Below, one piece after another: positions 1 through 11,975 of a stretch of DNA of 64,000 nucleotides. Position 1 is the stretch's first letter. Each line of letters opens with the position of its first letter. The position numbers and the translations under genes were made by a program. The stretch is from Azolla caroliniana. Taxonomy: Eukaryota; Plantae; Polypodiophyta. The notes under the pieces are model-generated. The model was not told the DNA's origin and did no database searches. It was given only the letters and a program-made list of their open reading frames with translations. The DNA lies in NCBI GenBank assembly GCA_043228905.1, contig JBHGNT010000020.1, positions 4,712,001-4,776,000 of the forward strand, read 5' to 3'.

Positions 1-43
1 ATGGTGTGTACAAGACCGGACATAGGATATGCAGTCGGAGTGG

Positions 44-462
44 TGTTACCGGCCGGCAAGGAGTCCAAAATACGGAGTGAAGGAATTAATTAAGTATGGT
101 TGTAAATAAGCATAGTGTGGACGGACGGACTGGAAACGGTATGCCGTTCCAGATCCGGACGGATCCCGAATAGGTGCGATAGGCACCGTTTTGTACTACG
201 GGCCGGAAACCTATTTAAAGGCCCAGACCTTATTGTAATCGCAGCGGATAATTAATAGAGCATATGGTGTTTATACTTCTGTGTTGATTTCCGTTCTGTA
301 GTTACTGTGATATCTTACGCGTGTAATTAACCAAAGCACTCTAATCGTGTAACCTACGTAAGTCGGTGTAATCGTTGAATCTTAATCCTATGCCGTAATC
401 ACCCTTTGGTGAAGTGTCTCCGTGACACCTTGTGTTAGGCCTTGTCCGGTCAGAGAATAACA
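44..462 (+). repeat. G1 5' LTR
   Basis: Direct repeat of 7403-7821 with about 3 substitutions seen by eye. TATA-like TATTTAAA at 212-219. Confidence 0.97.
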
Positions 463-468
463 CAGTTT

Positions 469-478
469 TGGCGACCAC
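469..478 (+). promoter_or_regulatory. G1 primer-binding site, probably tRNA-Arg(TCG)-type
   Basis: TGGCGACCAC lies 6 nt after the LTR and complements a ...GTGGTCGCCA tRNA end (tRNA identity recalled, not searched). Confidence 0.7.
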
Positions 479-515
479 GATTCCTGCTTTCTCGCAGCGA
501 ACGACGGCTTAATGG

Positions 516-3500
516 ATGACGAGACCAACGCACGACCTGGTTACAGACCGAGCTCGACGCCTCGCCGAACGGCAAAGACGGCGTGAGACTTTCCAGCAAG
601 CAGCGCACGAAATTCGCTCGGATCGTTCGTTCTCCAACGAGATCCGGAGAGTCGCGGAGGAATCTCTTTGGTTACAGCAAACTCGCGACCAGGACGACGG
701 AAGCAGTCTAAGTAGTCTCCGGGAAACCGAACGCCTCCTCGAGGCGCTGGCAAGTGGAGAAAACGAGGCAGAAGCCTTTTCAGCCTACAAATCGGATTCC
801 GAAGGGGGATACAACGTGCACACGAACTACCGGAGCAGCAACGATACCCCCGGCGGCCCGGAGGACGACGGGTCGGATACCGTGCCGACTCCAGAACCGG
901 AACCGCTAGACCAGGGCTATCCAGAACCGCAAACGGAAGCCGTCAACCCACCAACACCGGAAGTGGAAGAAGCAAAGCCACCGACACCAACGAAAGAGCC
1001 GGCGAAGGTACCGGAAGACGAGCCGGTGAAAGAACCGGGAAAAGAACCGGAAGAGGAACCGGAAAAAGCACCGGCAAAACAACCGGAAGTGGAACCGGAG
1101 AGAAAACCGGAAAGATATCAACAAACGCCACTAAACCGCGGCCTAATACTGGACGACGACATGCCGTTCCAATACTCAAAGTATCGCGATGATCCGGACG
1201 CGGAAGCGCATGTTCATGCCTTCGAGCAGACATGGGAAGCAAATCACACGTCCCAGCGAATGACACCGGAGGAAGAAGAACGCTCGAAGATAGCGGAATT
1301 CGGGGTCACGTTGGAAGGACCAGCGACACGATGGCGGTGGACGCAGGACCCGGCGACCATCACAACCTTTGCAGAATTAAAAGCAAAATTCTTGCATTTT
1401 TTCCACAAGGAGGTCGACCAGACGACAATGGTGGGCCTGTTTTATACGATCCGACAGGAGGCAGGGGAAAGCATTCCCCAATTCGTCATCCGTTTCCAAC
1501 GAATGCATAGCCAGCTTGCCCGTACACCCCCGGAGGAGGAATTACGGACGATATTTTTAAACGCACTCCGGGAACCGTTACGCACGGTGTGTACGGTAAT
1601 CGACTTTCGAGGAAGCACCATTGACCAGGTCATTGACCGGGTCAGGGAAATGGAAAAGTCAAGCTCATGGCTTACACTGGGAGCACTGCAACGGGCGTTA
1701 CCCACCGATGAAGATCTCCGGTTCCGGCAGGCAATTCAATGCACAATCTGCTTGAATGCCGGACACTCGGCAGTGGAATGCACCATGCGAACTCAGTGTG
1801 TGATTTGTCAATCCAAGAGTCATACAACGGACCGGTGCGAGTATAACCTGTTAAACCGACAAGCACCACCCGTCCGACGGATCGAGCCAAGAAGCAGCCG
1901 AGACGAAGATGACGATCGTTGGCAAAGAATGAACCGGTACCGACCGGCACAGGATGTCCGGTACGGAGACAGGCAAGAGAATGATGGCCGGTACGGGAAT
2001 CGGCATGATAACTACGACCGGTATGAGCGATCGGACCGTTATCGGGAGTCCAACAGACGACACGAGCAATACGACAGAGACCATTCCCCTGGTTACCGAA
2101 GGCACCAGGAGGACTACGGCCGATTTTACGATCCACCACGACCGGACTACCGAAATAAAAATAAGAATAATAAGAAACGTAATTTCAAGAAAGGTGGTCA
2201 CACTAGGGACCCGGAACATGGAACCCCAAGGAGCCAACCAACACAGAACGCACCACTCACTACGGGACCGACTCCGGATACCAGCAATGCTGAATCCAGC
2301 AATACCCGTAAAGAGTACTGCTATTACTGCAGGCAGGAAGGCCACTACAGTAACCAGTGCCCGGCAAAGAGCTACGATAAACGACCAGCAGTTAATATGG
2401 TGGTTCCGGAAGTGGCGGATATACAGCAAGTAACCACACGGTCGAAAGGCATGGCCAAAGAGTGGGAAACACAAGAGGCCATACGAAAACAGGCGACGGA
2501 ATGGGTGAAGGAAGCCAATGAAAGGAACGTCGCGGACGTGGAACGGCAAAAGGCGAATACCATAGGGAGTGCCGGCGGTAGCCACCCACAAAACGAGACA
2601 TGGCAAGCACTGCAAGAATGTCAGATCACGTTGCCATTAGGAAGACTCTTGCAGCTCGTGCCGCGATTTACGGAAGGACTAAAAACGGGCATGACAAACG
2701 GTATAGCCCCACCGGCACCAGTCCTCTTCTCGAATCCGGAGGAGGGACCGACGGTGGTGGACACTAGTAGTCTGGTGATTACAGCTATTGTCAAAGGGCA
2801 CGAACTTCCCGGCACAGTAATCGATGGAGGTTCCGGGGTGAACGTAATAAGCCTCCACACGTGTGATGCCTTGGGTATACATGAATGGGAGCCATGTCCG
2901 TTCTGGCTACGGATGGCGGATACGAGCTCTGTATGGCCGACGGGCTTAATACGGAAATTGGAAGTCACCATAGGAGGTCACACATTTCACATCTCGGCTG
3001 TAGTGCTGCAGCTACAGGCGCAAGGCGCGTACCCACTGTTGCTGGGCAGACCATGGTTGAAAACAGCACACATCAAGCAAAATTGGCGGAAAAATATGAT
3101 TACCTTCCGGCGCGGAAAAGCCAAGGTCCGGGTACCGACACAACCACGGACGAGCAACGGTAAGGAATGCACACCGCTCTATGCGGAATGCGTGAACATG
3201 CTTGAAGGGTTGGCAGACGACGAAGAAGCCCAGTACTTGGAGGAACACCCGAAGATCGTACCACTCTTCGAGATTGACGTAGCTGAAGCCGTAGCGCCAT
3301 ACTTGCCGCAGCGGGACGAAACCGAAGCCGAACCAGACAAAGATTCGATTCGGGAATTACGGCAAGCACAGGAAGCGTTGGAACGGGAAATGGCCGTTTC
3401 CCAACGGGTAAAAACATCCCAGCTCGACGAAGTGAACCTAGGAAGCAAGGACGAATCAAAGCCGGTACACATCGCGAAAGAAATGAAGCCGGAAGATAAA

Positions 3501-6389
3501 GCGGCGATGATCAAACTTCTCACGGAGTTTCGCGACGTATTCGCCTGGTCATACGAAGACATGCGAGGGCTGGACCCTCAATTATATCAGCATCAGATCC
3601 ACTTAGGCAAGGACGCGAAACCAGTGGCGCAAAGACGTTACCGAATGAACCCCAACTACGCCGCCAAAGTGAAGGAGGAAATCGACAAACTCCTAAGAGT
3701 GGGCTTCATCCGGCCGGTAAAGAAAGCAACGTGGCTGAGCCCCATCGTCGTCGTCCCAAAGAAGAACGGTAAAATCCGCGTGTGTGTAGATTACAGGAAA
3801 CTAAATGCAGCCACAATTACGGATGCATTCCCTCTTCCGTTCACGGATGGAGTACTGGATGCCGTCGCCGGCCATGAAGTTTATAGTTTTTTAGACGGGT
3901 TCAGCGGATACAATCAAATCCGGATGCACCCGGATGACCAGGAGAAGACAGCGTTCGTCACCGAATGGGGGGTGTTTGTGGCCGAAGTAATGATGTTCGG
4001 CCTTAAAACGGCACCAGCAACGTTCCAGCGAATCATCATGGAGATCTTCGGCGAATACATTCCTGCCTTCATGCAGGTTTTCCTGGATGATTTTGCAGTC
4101 TATAGCCGGGGAAAAGACCATTTGCAGCACCTACGGTTATGCCTTGAAAAGTGTAGGTTATACCGGCTAAGCTTAAACCCAGCAAAATGCATCTTTGGAG
4201 TTTCAAGTGGAATCTTACTGGGACACATTGTATGTAAGGAGGGCATTGCGGTCGACCCGGACAAAGTAAACGCGATACTAGGGGCACCGGCGCTGAAAAC
4301 GGCCAAAGCACTAAGCCGATTCTTAGGACAGATCCGGTGGCACAGCCGGATGCTCCGTCACTTGGCTGACTTGGCTACACCATTACACACCGCGGTACAT
4401 CGGACACCGTTCCAATGGACGGATACGGAGGATGAGGCATACAATGCCCTGAAGGTACTTTTGTCGCAAGCACCCGTCGTGCAGCCTCCGGATTGGAGCA
4501 AGGAATTTCATGTGTTCGTGGATGCTTCCGACATCGCTATCGGCAGCGCCTTAATGCAACTTACGGAGCCCAAATGGTACCGGCCGGTATATTACGCAAG
4601 CCGGAAGCTGTCCCAAGCGGAGAAGAACTATTCGACGACGGAACGGGAGGCCCTGGGCATGATCTATAGTGTAACAAAATTTCGTCATTACCTATTGGGA
4701 AGGAAGTTCTCCTTTCATGTGGATCACTCGGCGCTCCTGTACTTAGTGTCCAAGGCGTCCCTGACCGGTAAGTTGGCCCGTTGGACCTTGCTGTTGCAGG
4801 AGTTCGAATTCGAGATCTTCCACCGGCCCGGTATCCAGCATGCCGTAGCAGACTACCTGAGCCGGTTAGAGTCCGGAGAATCAGGCGTCGGAGTATCGGA
4901 TGAATTCCCGGACGCAGAGTTATTCCATATCACCCCGGAAACGGCAGCGGACGACACAGTGGCATCAGAAGATAGGTGGCTGACAAACACGCACCAGTTC
5001 CTAAGCACGAGCCTGCCACCGGAGGAAATGAACCGGGACGAGAGGAAACGACTGGCGGTGCAGAGCCGCAATTTCTGTCTGTTACGGGACACTCTCTACC
5101 ACAAGGGAGCAGATGGAATATGGAGACGACGGGCAGTCCGTAGTGACGAGAAACAAGTAATCTTACGGGAAGCACACTGTGGGGTTGCCGGAGGACACTA
5201 TGCCGGGGAAGCGACGGCAAGGAAAGTATGGCAGAGCGGCTTATGGTGGCCCACGACGTTAAAAGATGCCGTCAAGTATGCTAAGGAATGTGACCTATGC
5301 CAACGAATGGGCCAGCCTACGGAGCAAGCACGGATGCCACACCAACCGGTACTTCCACTAGAGCCATTCTAGAAGTGGGGGTTGGATTTTGTCGGACCGT
5401 TCAAGCCACCGGCAATGAGAACGGGTAATCGTTATGTCATCGTGGCAACAGATTATTGCACTAAATGGGTGGAGGCTAAGGCCTTGAGAGACAATACCGC
5501 GTCATCCACAGCAAAATTCCTGTACGAGAACATTTGGTGCCGATATGGATGTTCGATTGAATTAATCAGCGACCAAGGAGGGCACTTCCTCGGCCAGGTA
5601 GTTGAAAGCTTAACAACGTTCTATGCCGTGGTCCATAAACGGAGCACACCGTACTACCCACAAGCGAACGGGTTAGCAGAGTCCACCAACAAAACGCTGC
5701 AGAACATTCTCCGCAAAATCGTCAATGAAAACCGGACGGACTGGGACACAAAGCTCCATAGCGCGCTATGGGCGTACCGGACGGCATACAAAACAAGTAT
5801 CCGGACAACGCCGTTCCGGTTAGCGTTCGGCTTAGAGGCGGTCATGCCGGTGGAATTTCAGGTACCAAGCTTACGGATCCAACTACGGGAACGGCTGAAT
5901 GAAAAGGAGTCGGAAGAAAGGCGGCTAGCAGCACTATGCGAACTGGAGGAGCAACGGCTGGCCAGCATCCTACACATGGAACTGGAGCAACGACGACGGA
6001 AAGCGTTCGTTGACCGTCACCGGAAAGGTAATGAAAAGATGTTCGAAATCGGAAAGCCGGTGCTAGTATTCCAAACGAGGATGGGCAAGATGCCGGGTAA
6101 ACTCCGGTTTAGATGGACAGGCCCGTATTGGCTGACACGGGAATACAACGGGTCCTATCAGTTAGGGACACTTGCCGGTGAAGTGCTAGGCAAGTGGGTC
6201 AACGGATTTAGACTAAAGCCCTATAAAGGACCGATGCCAAATAACCCGTTTATGCAGCCCACCGGCACTATACCGGGAACGGTACGGATGGAAGAAAAAG
6301 ACGACGGGGAACCCGTAGCAGAGGTGACGGAAGACACGGCAACCCCTAAGGAAAACGGTAAGGGTCCGAAGGGACCTACGGATGTGTAA
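516..6389 (+). CDS. G1 gag-pol polyprotein with a single in-frame TAG at 5370-5372
   Basis: Three CX2CX4HX4C knuckles, protease VIDGGSGVN, RT FLDDF, RNase H VDASD and integrase HHCC. The integrase core WGLDFVGP...PQANGLAE and WTGPY follows in the same frame after the stop. Confidence 0.93.
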
Positions 6390-6761
6390 GATCACATACC
6401 GTCATTTATTTAAATAAATAATAAATAAAAAAAACATTAAAAATCGAGGTATGAACGGACGTGAAAGCAAGGAGCGAAAAGGTACGTAGTGGGCATTTAA
6501 GAGCCGCCACATTGCTTAATACTAAATTGGTACACGACGTGCGCATGCTCGAAAAAGGCGCCAAGACGCACAGAGAAAAAGAAGAACGCATGGAGACCTT
6601 TTTTTTTTCGCGAGCCAAGAAGCACAGAAGCACCAAGGCAGTGGAAGCTTAGCAAACGCGAACCTGCACTCAGAGAACCCCCACGTTCGGAACGCTCTCT
6701 CTCTCGCTCTCACTCTCATCACCACTCTACCTCGCCATCTTTCCTCGACCTCGAAGCAGAC

Positions 6762-7350
6762 ATGGAACCACAAACGCTGTCGGAAGCGGCCAGGAAATGG
6801 CTCAGGCAACACGGACTGGATGGGTTCTTGACCATCATGGAGGCACCACCGCACAGAGAAGCCGACCGGGTCATCAAGGAGCTCGACACAGAAGTCATCA
6901 CCGAAGAAGCGATCCGTGCGCTAACAGGCTTTCCGGAGGGAGGTATTTTTCAGAGATGAGCTGGCCGAAGACTTTCAAGCCTTGGCAGAGGACCAACTAG
7001 GGCAAGTCCGGCAACTTGTAGCTCAGCTGGACGACGACAGGCTGGAGGCGCAGATCCAGTTTGAAAGCTACGAGAGGTCCCGGATCCGGGAAGAGAAAGC
7101 ATGAGAACCGGTTACGGTCAACCTCAGTGATGAGGAACCGTTACTGGAAGGAGACCGGACCGGAAGTAGTCAAACGGAGATGCCGGAGTCAGAGAAACAA
7201 ACGGAGCAGCCGCCTATAGAGCAGCCGGAGCAGCCTCAGTCCCAACCGCAACCACAGCAGCAGCAGCAAGCACAGCCGCAACAACCACAACCGGAAGAAC
7301 AATTGGAAAATCTGGAACAAAGTATTTTGGACAATTTGGGTGAACAATGA
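6762..7350 (+). pseudogene. G1 extra 3' ORF, internally deleted
   Basis: The N-terminus RKWLRQHGLDGF..EAPPH matches the G2 eORF start RRWLVEKHLDGY..EAPAH. At ~6945 it joins DELAEDFQALAEDQ, which matches the eORF C-terminal part of G2 and G3. Confidence 0.75.
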
Positions 7351-7362
7351 AGGGGCCGAGAA

Positions 7363-7400
7363 GGGTTCGACGTACAAGGTACTGTCCCACGGGCGTGCCA
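7363..7400 (+). other. tRNA-3'-end-like motif at the PPT position of G1
   Basis: GGGTTCGA-cgtacaaggtact-GTCCCACGGGCGTGCCA, then 2 nt, then the LTR TG. No purine tract adjoins the LTR. Confidence 0.85.
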
Positions 7401-7402
7401 TG

Positions 7403-7821
7403 TGTTACCGGCCGGCAAGGAGTCCAAAATACGGAGTGAAGGAATTAATTAAGTATGGTTGTAAATAAGCATAGTGTGGACGGACGGACTGGAAACGGTA
7501 TGCCGTTCCAGATCCGGACGGATCCCGAATAGGTGCGATAGGCACCGTTTTGTACTACGGGCCGGAAACCTATTTAAAGGCCCGGACCCTATTGTAATCG
7601 CAGCGGATAATTAATAAAGCATATGGTGTTTATACTTCTGTGTTGATTTCCGTTCTGTAGTTACTGTGATATCTTACGCGTGTAATTAACCAAAGCACTC
7701 TAATCGTGTAACCTACGTAAGTCGGTGTAATCGTTGAATCTTAATCCTATGCCGTAATCACCCTTTGGTGAAGTGTCTCCGTGACACCTTGTGTTAGGCC
7801 TTGTCCGGTCAGAGAATAACA
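7403..7821 (+). repeat. G1 3' LTR
   Basis: Repeat of 44-462. AATAAA at 7613-7618. Confidence 0.97.
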
Positions 7822-8429
7822 AGTGGTGAGCCGGTACATGAGCAATCCCGGCAAAGAGCACTGGAACGCGGCCAAGTGGATACTCCGATACCTGAAGGGC
7901 ACGGCAAACGTGTGTCTCCGATTCGGCTCCGGTAAGCCCGAACTCGACGGCTTTACCGATTCGGATATGTCGGCTGATGCAGATACCAGCCGGTCCACAT
8001 CAGGGTATGTGATGACGTTTGCAGGGGGAGCTGTTTCGTGGCAGTCGAGGCTGCAGAAGACGGTTGCGTTGTCAACCACGGAGGCGGAGTACATGGCGGC
8101 TGTTGAAGCCGGCAAGGAAATAATATGGATGAAGGACTTCATTAGAGAGCTCGGTATCCGGTAGGAGGAGTACCGACTCTACTGCGACAGTCAGAGTGCC
8201 ATCCACCTTGCGAAGAACGCAGCCTATCACTCACGGACGAAGCACATCCAGCGAAGATATCACTGGATCCGGGAAAGGATAGAAGACCAGGAGTTCGTGC
8301 TGACGAAGATCCACACGGACGAGAACGGGTCAGATATGCTGACCAAAGTGCTCACACCCGACAAGCTGGAAGCGTGCCGGAAGAGGGTCGGACTGGAAAG
8401 ACATCCCATGCCGAAGTGAAGGGGGAGTT

Positions 8430-8797
8430 TGTTGGGATTACGGTCCCTCCGGATGGGATGGTCAGATGTCCGGGAATCGGGAATGAAGACCCGAATGATG
8501 AAGACCCGGTTTTCAGATCCGGATGATGAAGACCCCGGCTACGGAGCCGGATGACGAAGACCCGGTTTCGGATCCGGATGATGAAGACCCCGGCTACGGA
8601 GCCGGATGACGAATGTACCCGGAGAGAGATCCGGATGCGGGGAAATATTTGTGAATATGTTTGCCAAGGGCCCTCGAGGCTATATTTGTAAATAGCCCGA
8701 AAGTCATATGTGTATAAATATGACTTAGGGAAAACAGTTTGTTGGTTGTTGCTCATTTTTCTGTTTTCCACTTAGAGGGAGCGAAGTGAGAGCAGCC

Positions 8798-8829
<32 letters not shown>

Positions 8830-9094
8830 GAGGTCGACGCCTCTGTGTAATACCGCCGCCTGTGGCGAGGACAGTGAGCTCAAGGTCGTCGCCTTGCAGC
8901 TTGCCATTGTACATTCCCTGCGTATAGTGATAGTTGAAGTCTTGCACTCCCGTGGTTTTTCCCGTCTAGGGTTTTCCACGCTAAACCCTGTGCATTCGAG
9001 TCTCTCTCTGTGTTTTCGATTTACTGCTGCATTGACTCGTGTTTCCTCGGTTGCGGCCGAGAGGTAAAGTTTTTGGAAGCGTCGATTTCTAACA
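8430..9094 (+). repeat. Copia A 3' LTR with GC-rich minisatellite and (GA)n
   Basis: TGTTGGGA...CTAACA directly after the PPT. Contains CCGGATGATGAAGACCC repeats and is related to the copia B and C LTRs. Confidence 0.85.
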
Positions 9095-9920
9095 CCTCCC
9101 TTAAGGTTAACATTTATTGTTCTCACTCAACATCTTTTTTCGGGGCTGTACTAACTACCGGTTGTGCATCTGTTTCCGGAGCTTCCTTTTGTAGATTCGC
9201 CGGTGGCACCGGCTCCGTTACTGCACTTTGTTGGCCCATGTTAGCCATGATGTCCGCGTATTCCTTGGCCCTTTTCAACTCTTCCTCCAGGCTTCGGATC
9301 TGTGTGTGGGCCTTCTCTAATTCTTCAGTTGTGTCTAGCAATCGTTCCGCCTGGCTTTTGACCTATCGTTGCTCGTCCTCCATTCGGTCAGCCACACTGG
9401 ATACTTGCTCTTCAAGCCACATTAACCATTGGCGACATGTTCTGTGTTGCGTTAGGATAGCAAATTGCTGCCCTAGCTCTAGTCTTGGTTCGTGCTCCTT
9501 CTTGAGCCATTGGGTCAACGGTTCCAGTGTCCACTCCGGACGACTTTTCTCGTGCTGCTGATTTGAAGACCTGGTGGGGTAAGTTCCTCTGTAACCGGTT
9601 CTTGTTGAATCGTTGTCACCGTTTTTGGTTTTATTACCAGCTCTACTTCTGTCCTGGGTTCTACCTCCGCTGAGCGGGTCTTCGGGGTAATGTCATGCTC
9701 CAGACCCGATCCTCCCCCCTATTGCTTCGTGTCGTGCTTCCTTGGGCGATGTTGAAGGGCTTCAACTAGTTCATCTTCAACCTCTTCCTCCACGGTTTCT
9801 TGGTTCACCCTCCGGACCAAGTCGTTCTTGTCCATGTCCTACTGGTGCCAGTTCTCAATGAAATACTGAGCCAGTTCTGGAGAAAATGGCCAAGTCGTTT
9901 GTGCTTCTTGCTGAGATGAT
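9095..9920 (-). pseudogene. Degraded coiled-coil ORF, probably the 3' extra ORF of an older gypsy element, ending in a PPT-like AAGGGAGG
   Basis: The minus strand reads ...WPFSPELAQYF... and later LEKAHTQIRSLEEELKRAKE...DVE*, followed by CTTAAGGGAGG at the copia A boundary. Confidence 0.45.
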
Positions 9921-10958
9921 TCCAAGTCTTTCATTGAGAAAGTTCAGTTGAGAGCCTTCTTCAACATCCGTATTTTGGCTTGGTCCCGTCCGATGATCAA
10001 CATGTCATCCACGTACAGAAGGAGTATCAGGGAGTCACCTCCTTCGAACTTCTTCACAAACACGCAGTGATCGGTTTGCGTTTTGCGATACCCTTGGTCG
10101 GTCATGAAGGAGTCGAACTTCCGGTACCATTGTCGGGGAGCCTACTTCAGTCCGTACAGGCTCTTCTTCAACCGGCAAACCAGGTGCTCCTTCCCTTTCT
10201 CCACGAATCCTTCCGGTTGCTGCATGTAGATCTCCTCTTCGAGGTCACTGTGAAGGAATGTCGTCTTCACGTCCAGCTGCTCTACCTCGAGGTCCATGCT
10301 TGCCGCTATACTCAGCACCGTCCGGATGGAAGTCATCTTTACTACCGGGGCCAATATCTCATCGAAGTCCACGCCCTTCTTCTGTTGGAACCCCTTCACC
10401 ACAATCCTGGCTTTGTATCTCGGGGGGTTGCCGGCATCTCCCGGTTTCAACTTGTACACCCACTTGTTTTGTAGTGCTCGCTTTCCTTTCGACAACTTCA
10501 CCAATTCGTATGTGTGGTTCTCATGTAGGTTACCAGTCCAAACTCTGTGCAACGTGTCTCCGTCCATGTGTATTGAGGGTGGTCTGTTTATCACATATGT
10601 CGCCATAGACAATGCCTCAGCCCAAAACGTCTTGGGTAATTTTGCATGCACCAGCATACTCCGGACCCTCTCCATTATGGTCCAGTTCATCCTCTTGGCC
10701 AACCCGTTTAGTTCCGGCGTCTTCAGCACGGTAAATTCGAGCCGGATTCCCTTCGAGCGACAGTACTCCTCGAACTGCCCCCGGTATTCACCTTCGTTAT
10801 CTGCTCGAACCGCCTTCAGCTTCCGGCCTGTTTCTCTTTCCACTCTCGCGTGGAGCTCTTTGAAGACGGATAGCACCTGATCCTTCATCTTCAACGACGT
10901 GGCCCACAGCTTCCGGCTGTGGTCATCTATGAACGTCACGAAGTACTGCGATCCGGCA

Positions 10959-11275
10959 TGTGACTTCGTGTCCACTTGACACACATTAGTATGCACCAAC
11001 TCCAGTGGTGCATTACGTCTCATCGGTGGCCTCGATCGGAAGGAGGTCCAGTTTTGTTTACCGGCCAGACAATCAGTGCACTTCTCCAAGTGCACGTTTT
11101 TCACTGGAATGAGGTTGTGACTTCGTGTCCACTTGACACACATTAGTATGCACCAACTCCAGTGGTGCATTACGTCTCATCGGTGGCCTCGATTGGAAGG
11201 AGGTCCGGTTTTGTTTACCAGCCAGACAATCAGTGCACTTCTCCAAGTGCACATTCTTCACTGGAATGAGGTTGT
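10959..11275. repeat. 157-bp tandem duplication inside the copia B integrase region
   Basis: TGACTTCGTGTCCACTTGAC occurs at 10961 and 11118, with TGT microhomology at the junction. Confidence 0.92.
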
Positions 11276-11975
11276 CTTCTGCAAGCGTCTTCATTCCCTT
11301 CTCCCTCATGTGACATAGCCTCTTGTGCCACAGCTCACCGGCAGTGTCGGATGCCACGTTCACTTCCTCTGGACATAACCGGGCATTCATTAGGTACAGA
11401 GTGTTGAGTTTTCGGGCCCGAGCCACTATCAAGCTCCCTTTGCTGAACTTCATTACACCGTTCCGGATGCTACCCGTGTAGCCTTCATCATCTAGCCGAC
11501 CGACTGATATCAGGTTCAGTCGAACCTCCGGAAAGTGTCGGACATCTTTCAGCAACATCTTGCATCCGGTTGATGTCGTCAACCACACATCTCCTATGCC
11601 GAAAATTCGGCATGTACCTTCATTCCCCATCCGAACATGGCCGTGGTCACCGGCTGAGTAGGATGAGAAGCATTTTCTATCGAGGGTCAGGTGGAACGAC
11701 GCTCTGGAATCGACCACCTAGGTCATCTCATCGCCGGCAAGGTTTAGTTCACTCTCCTTGGTGATGAGTATTAGCTCCTCTTCACTTGCCGCGATTGCCG
11801 TCGTTCCTTTCCGGTCCTACGCTCGCCGATCCGAACCGTTTCGGTCCGTGGCTCCCCGGTAAGCACCGTTTCGTTCCGGTGACTTCTTCGAATCGGTATT
11901 GTCGGTTTCCTTGTCTTTCCGAAAATGCCGACAGTTCTTCTCGAAGTGCCCCGGCTTCCCACAATAGAAGCACGT

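Larger units (their letters stand above)
44..7821 (+). mobile_element. Full-length non-chromovirus Ty3/gypsy retrotransposon G1 (Athila/Phygy-like RT and integrase)
   Basis: Two 419-bp TGTT...AACA LTRs and a perfect 5-bp TSD, AGTGG (39-43 and 7822-7826). Domain order is gag-PR-RT-RH-INT, with no chromodomain and no extra RNase H seen. Confidence 0.97.
1..9094 (+). mobile_element. Ty1/copia element A, 3' part (end of RT, RNase H, PPT, 3' LTR), split by insertion of gypsy G1
   Basis: 1-43 reads MVCTRPDIGYAVGV and the frame resumes at ~7822 as VSRYMSNPGKEHW...GFTDSD...STSGY...ALSTTEAEY. PPT GAAGGGGGAG lies at ~8418-8427. Confidence 0.93.

Noticed and set aside
1851-2615. 254-aa antisense ORF and other antisense ORFs over gag-pol regions
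   Set aside because: These are shadow ORFs of the coding strand, with no motifs and no conservation in G4.
7350-7365. AAGGGGCCGAGAAGGG as the G1 PPT
   Set aside because: It is ~37 nt from the LTR, interrupted by pyrimidines, and not conserved in G3. A PPT must abut the LTR.
7363-7400. A genuine tRNA gene or tRNA-derived SINE
   Set aside because: There is no D-arm, anticodon arm or A box, the T-arm is interrupted by a spacer, and the position is fixed relative to the LTR. It is treated as an element cis-motif.
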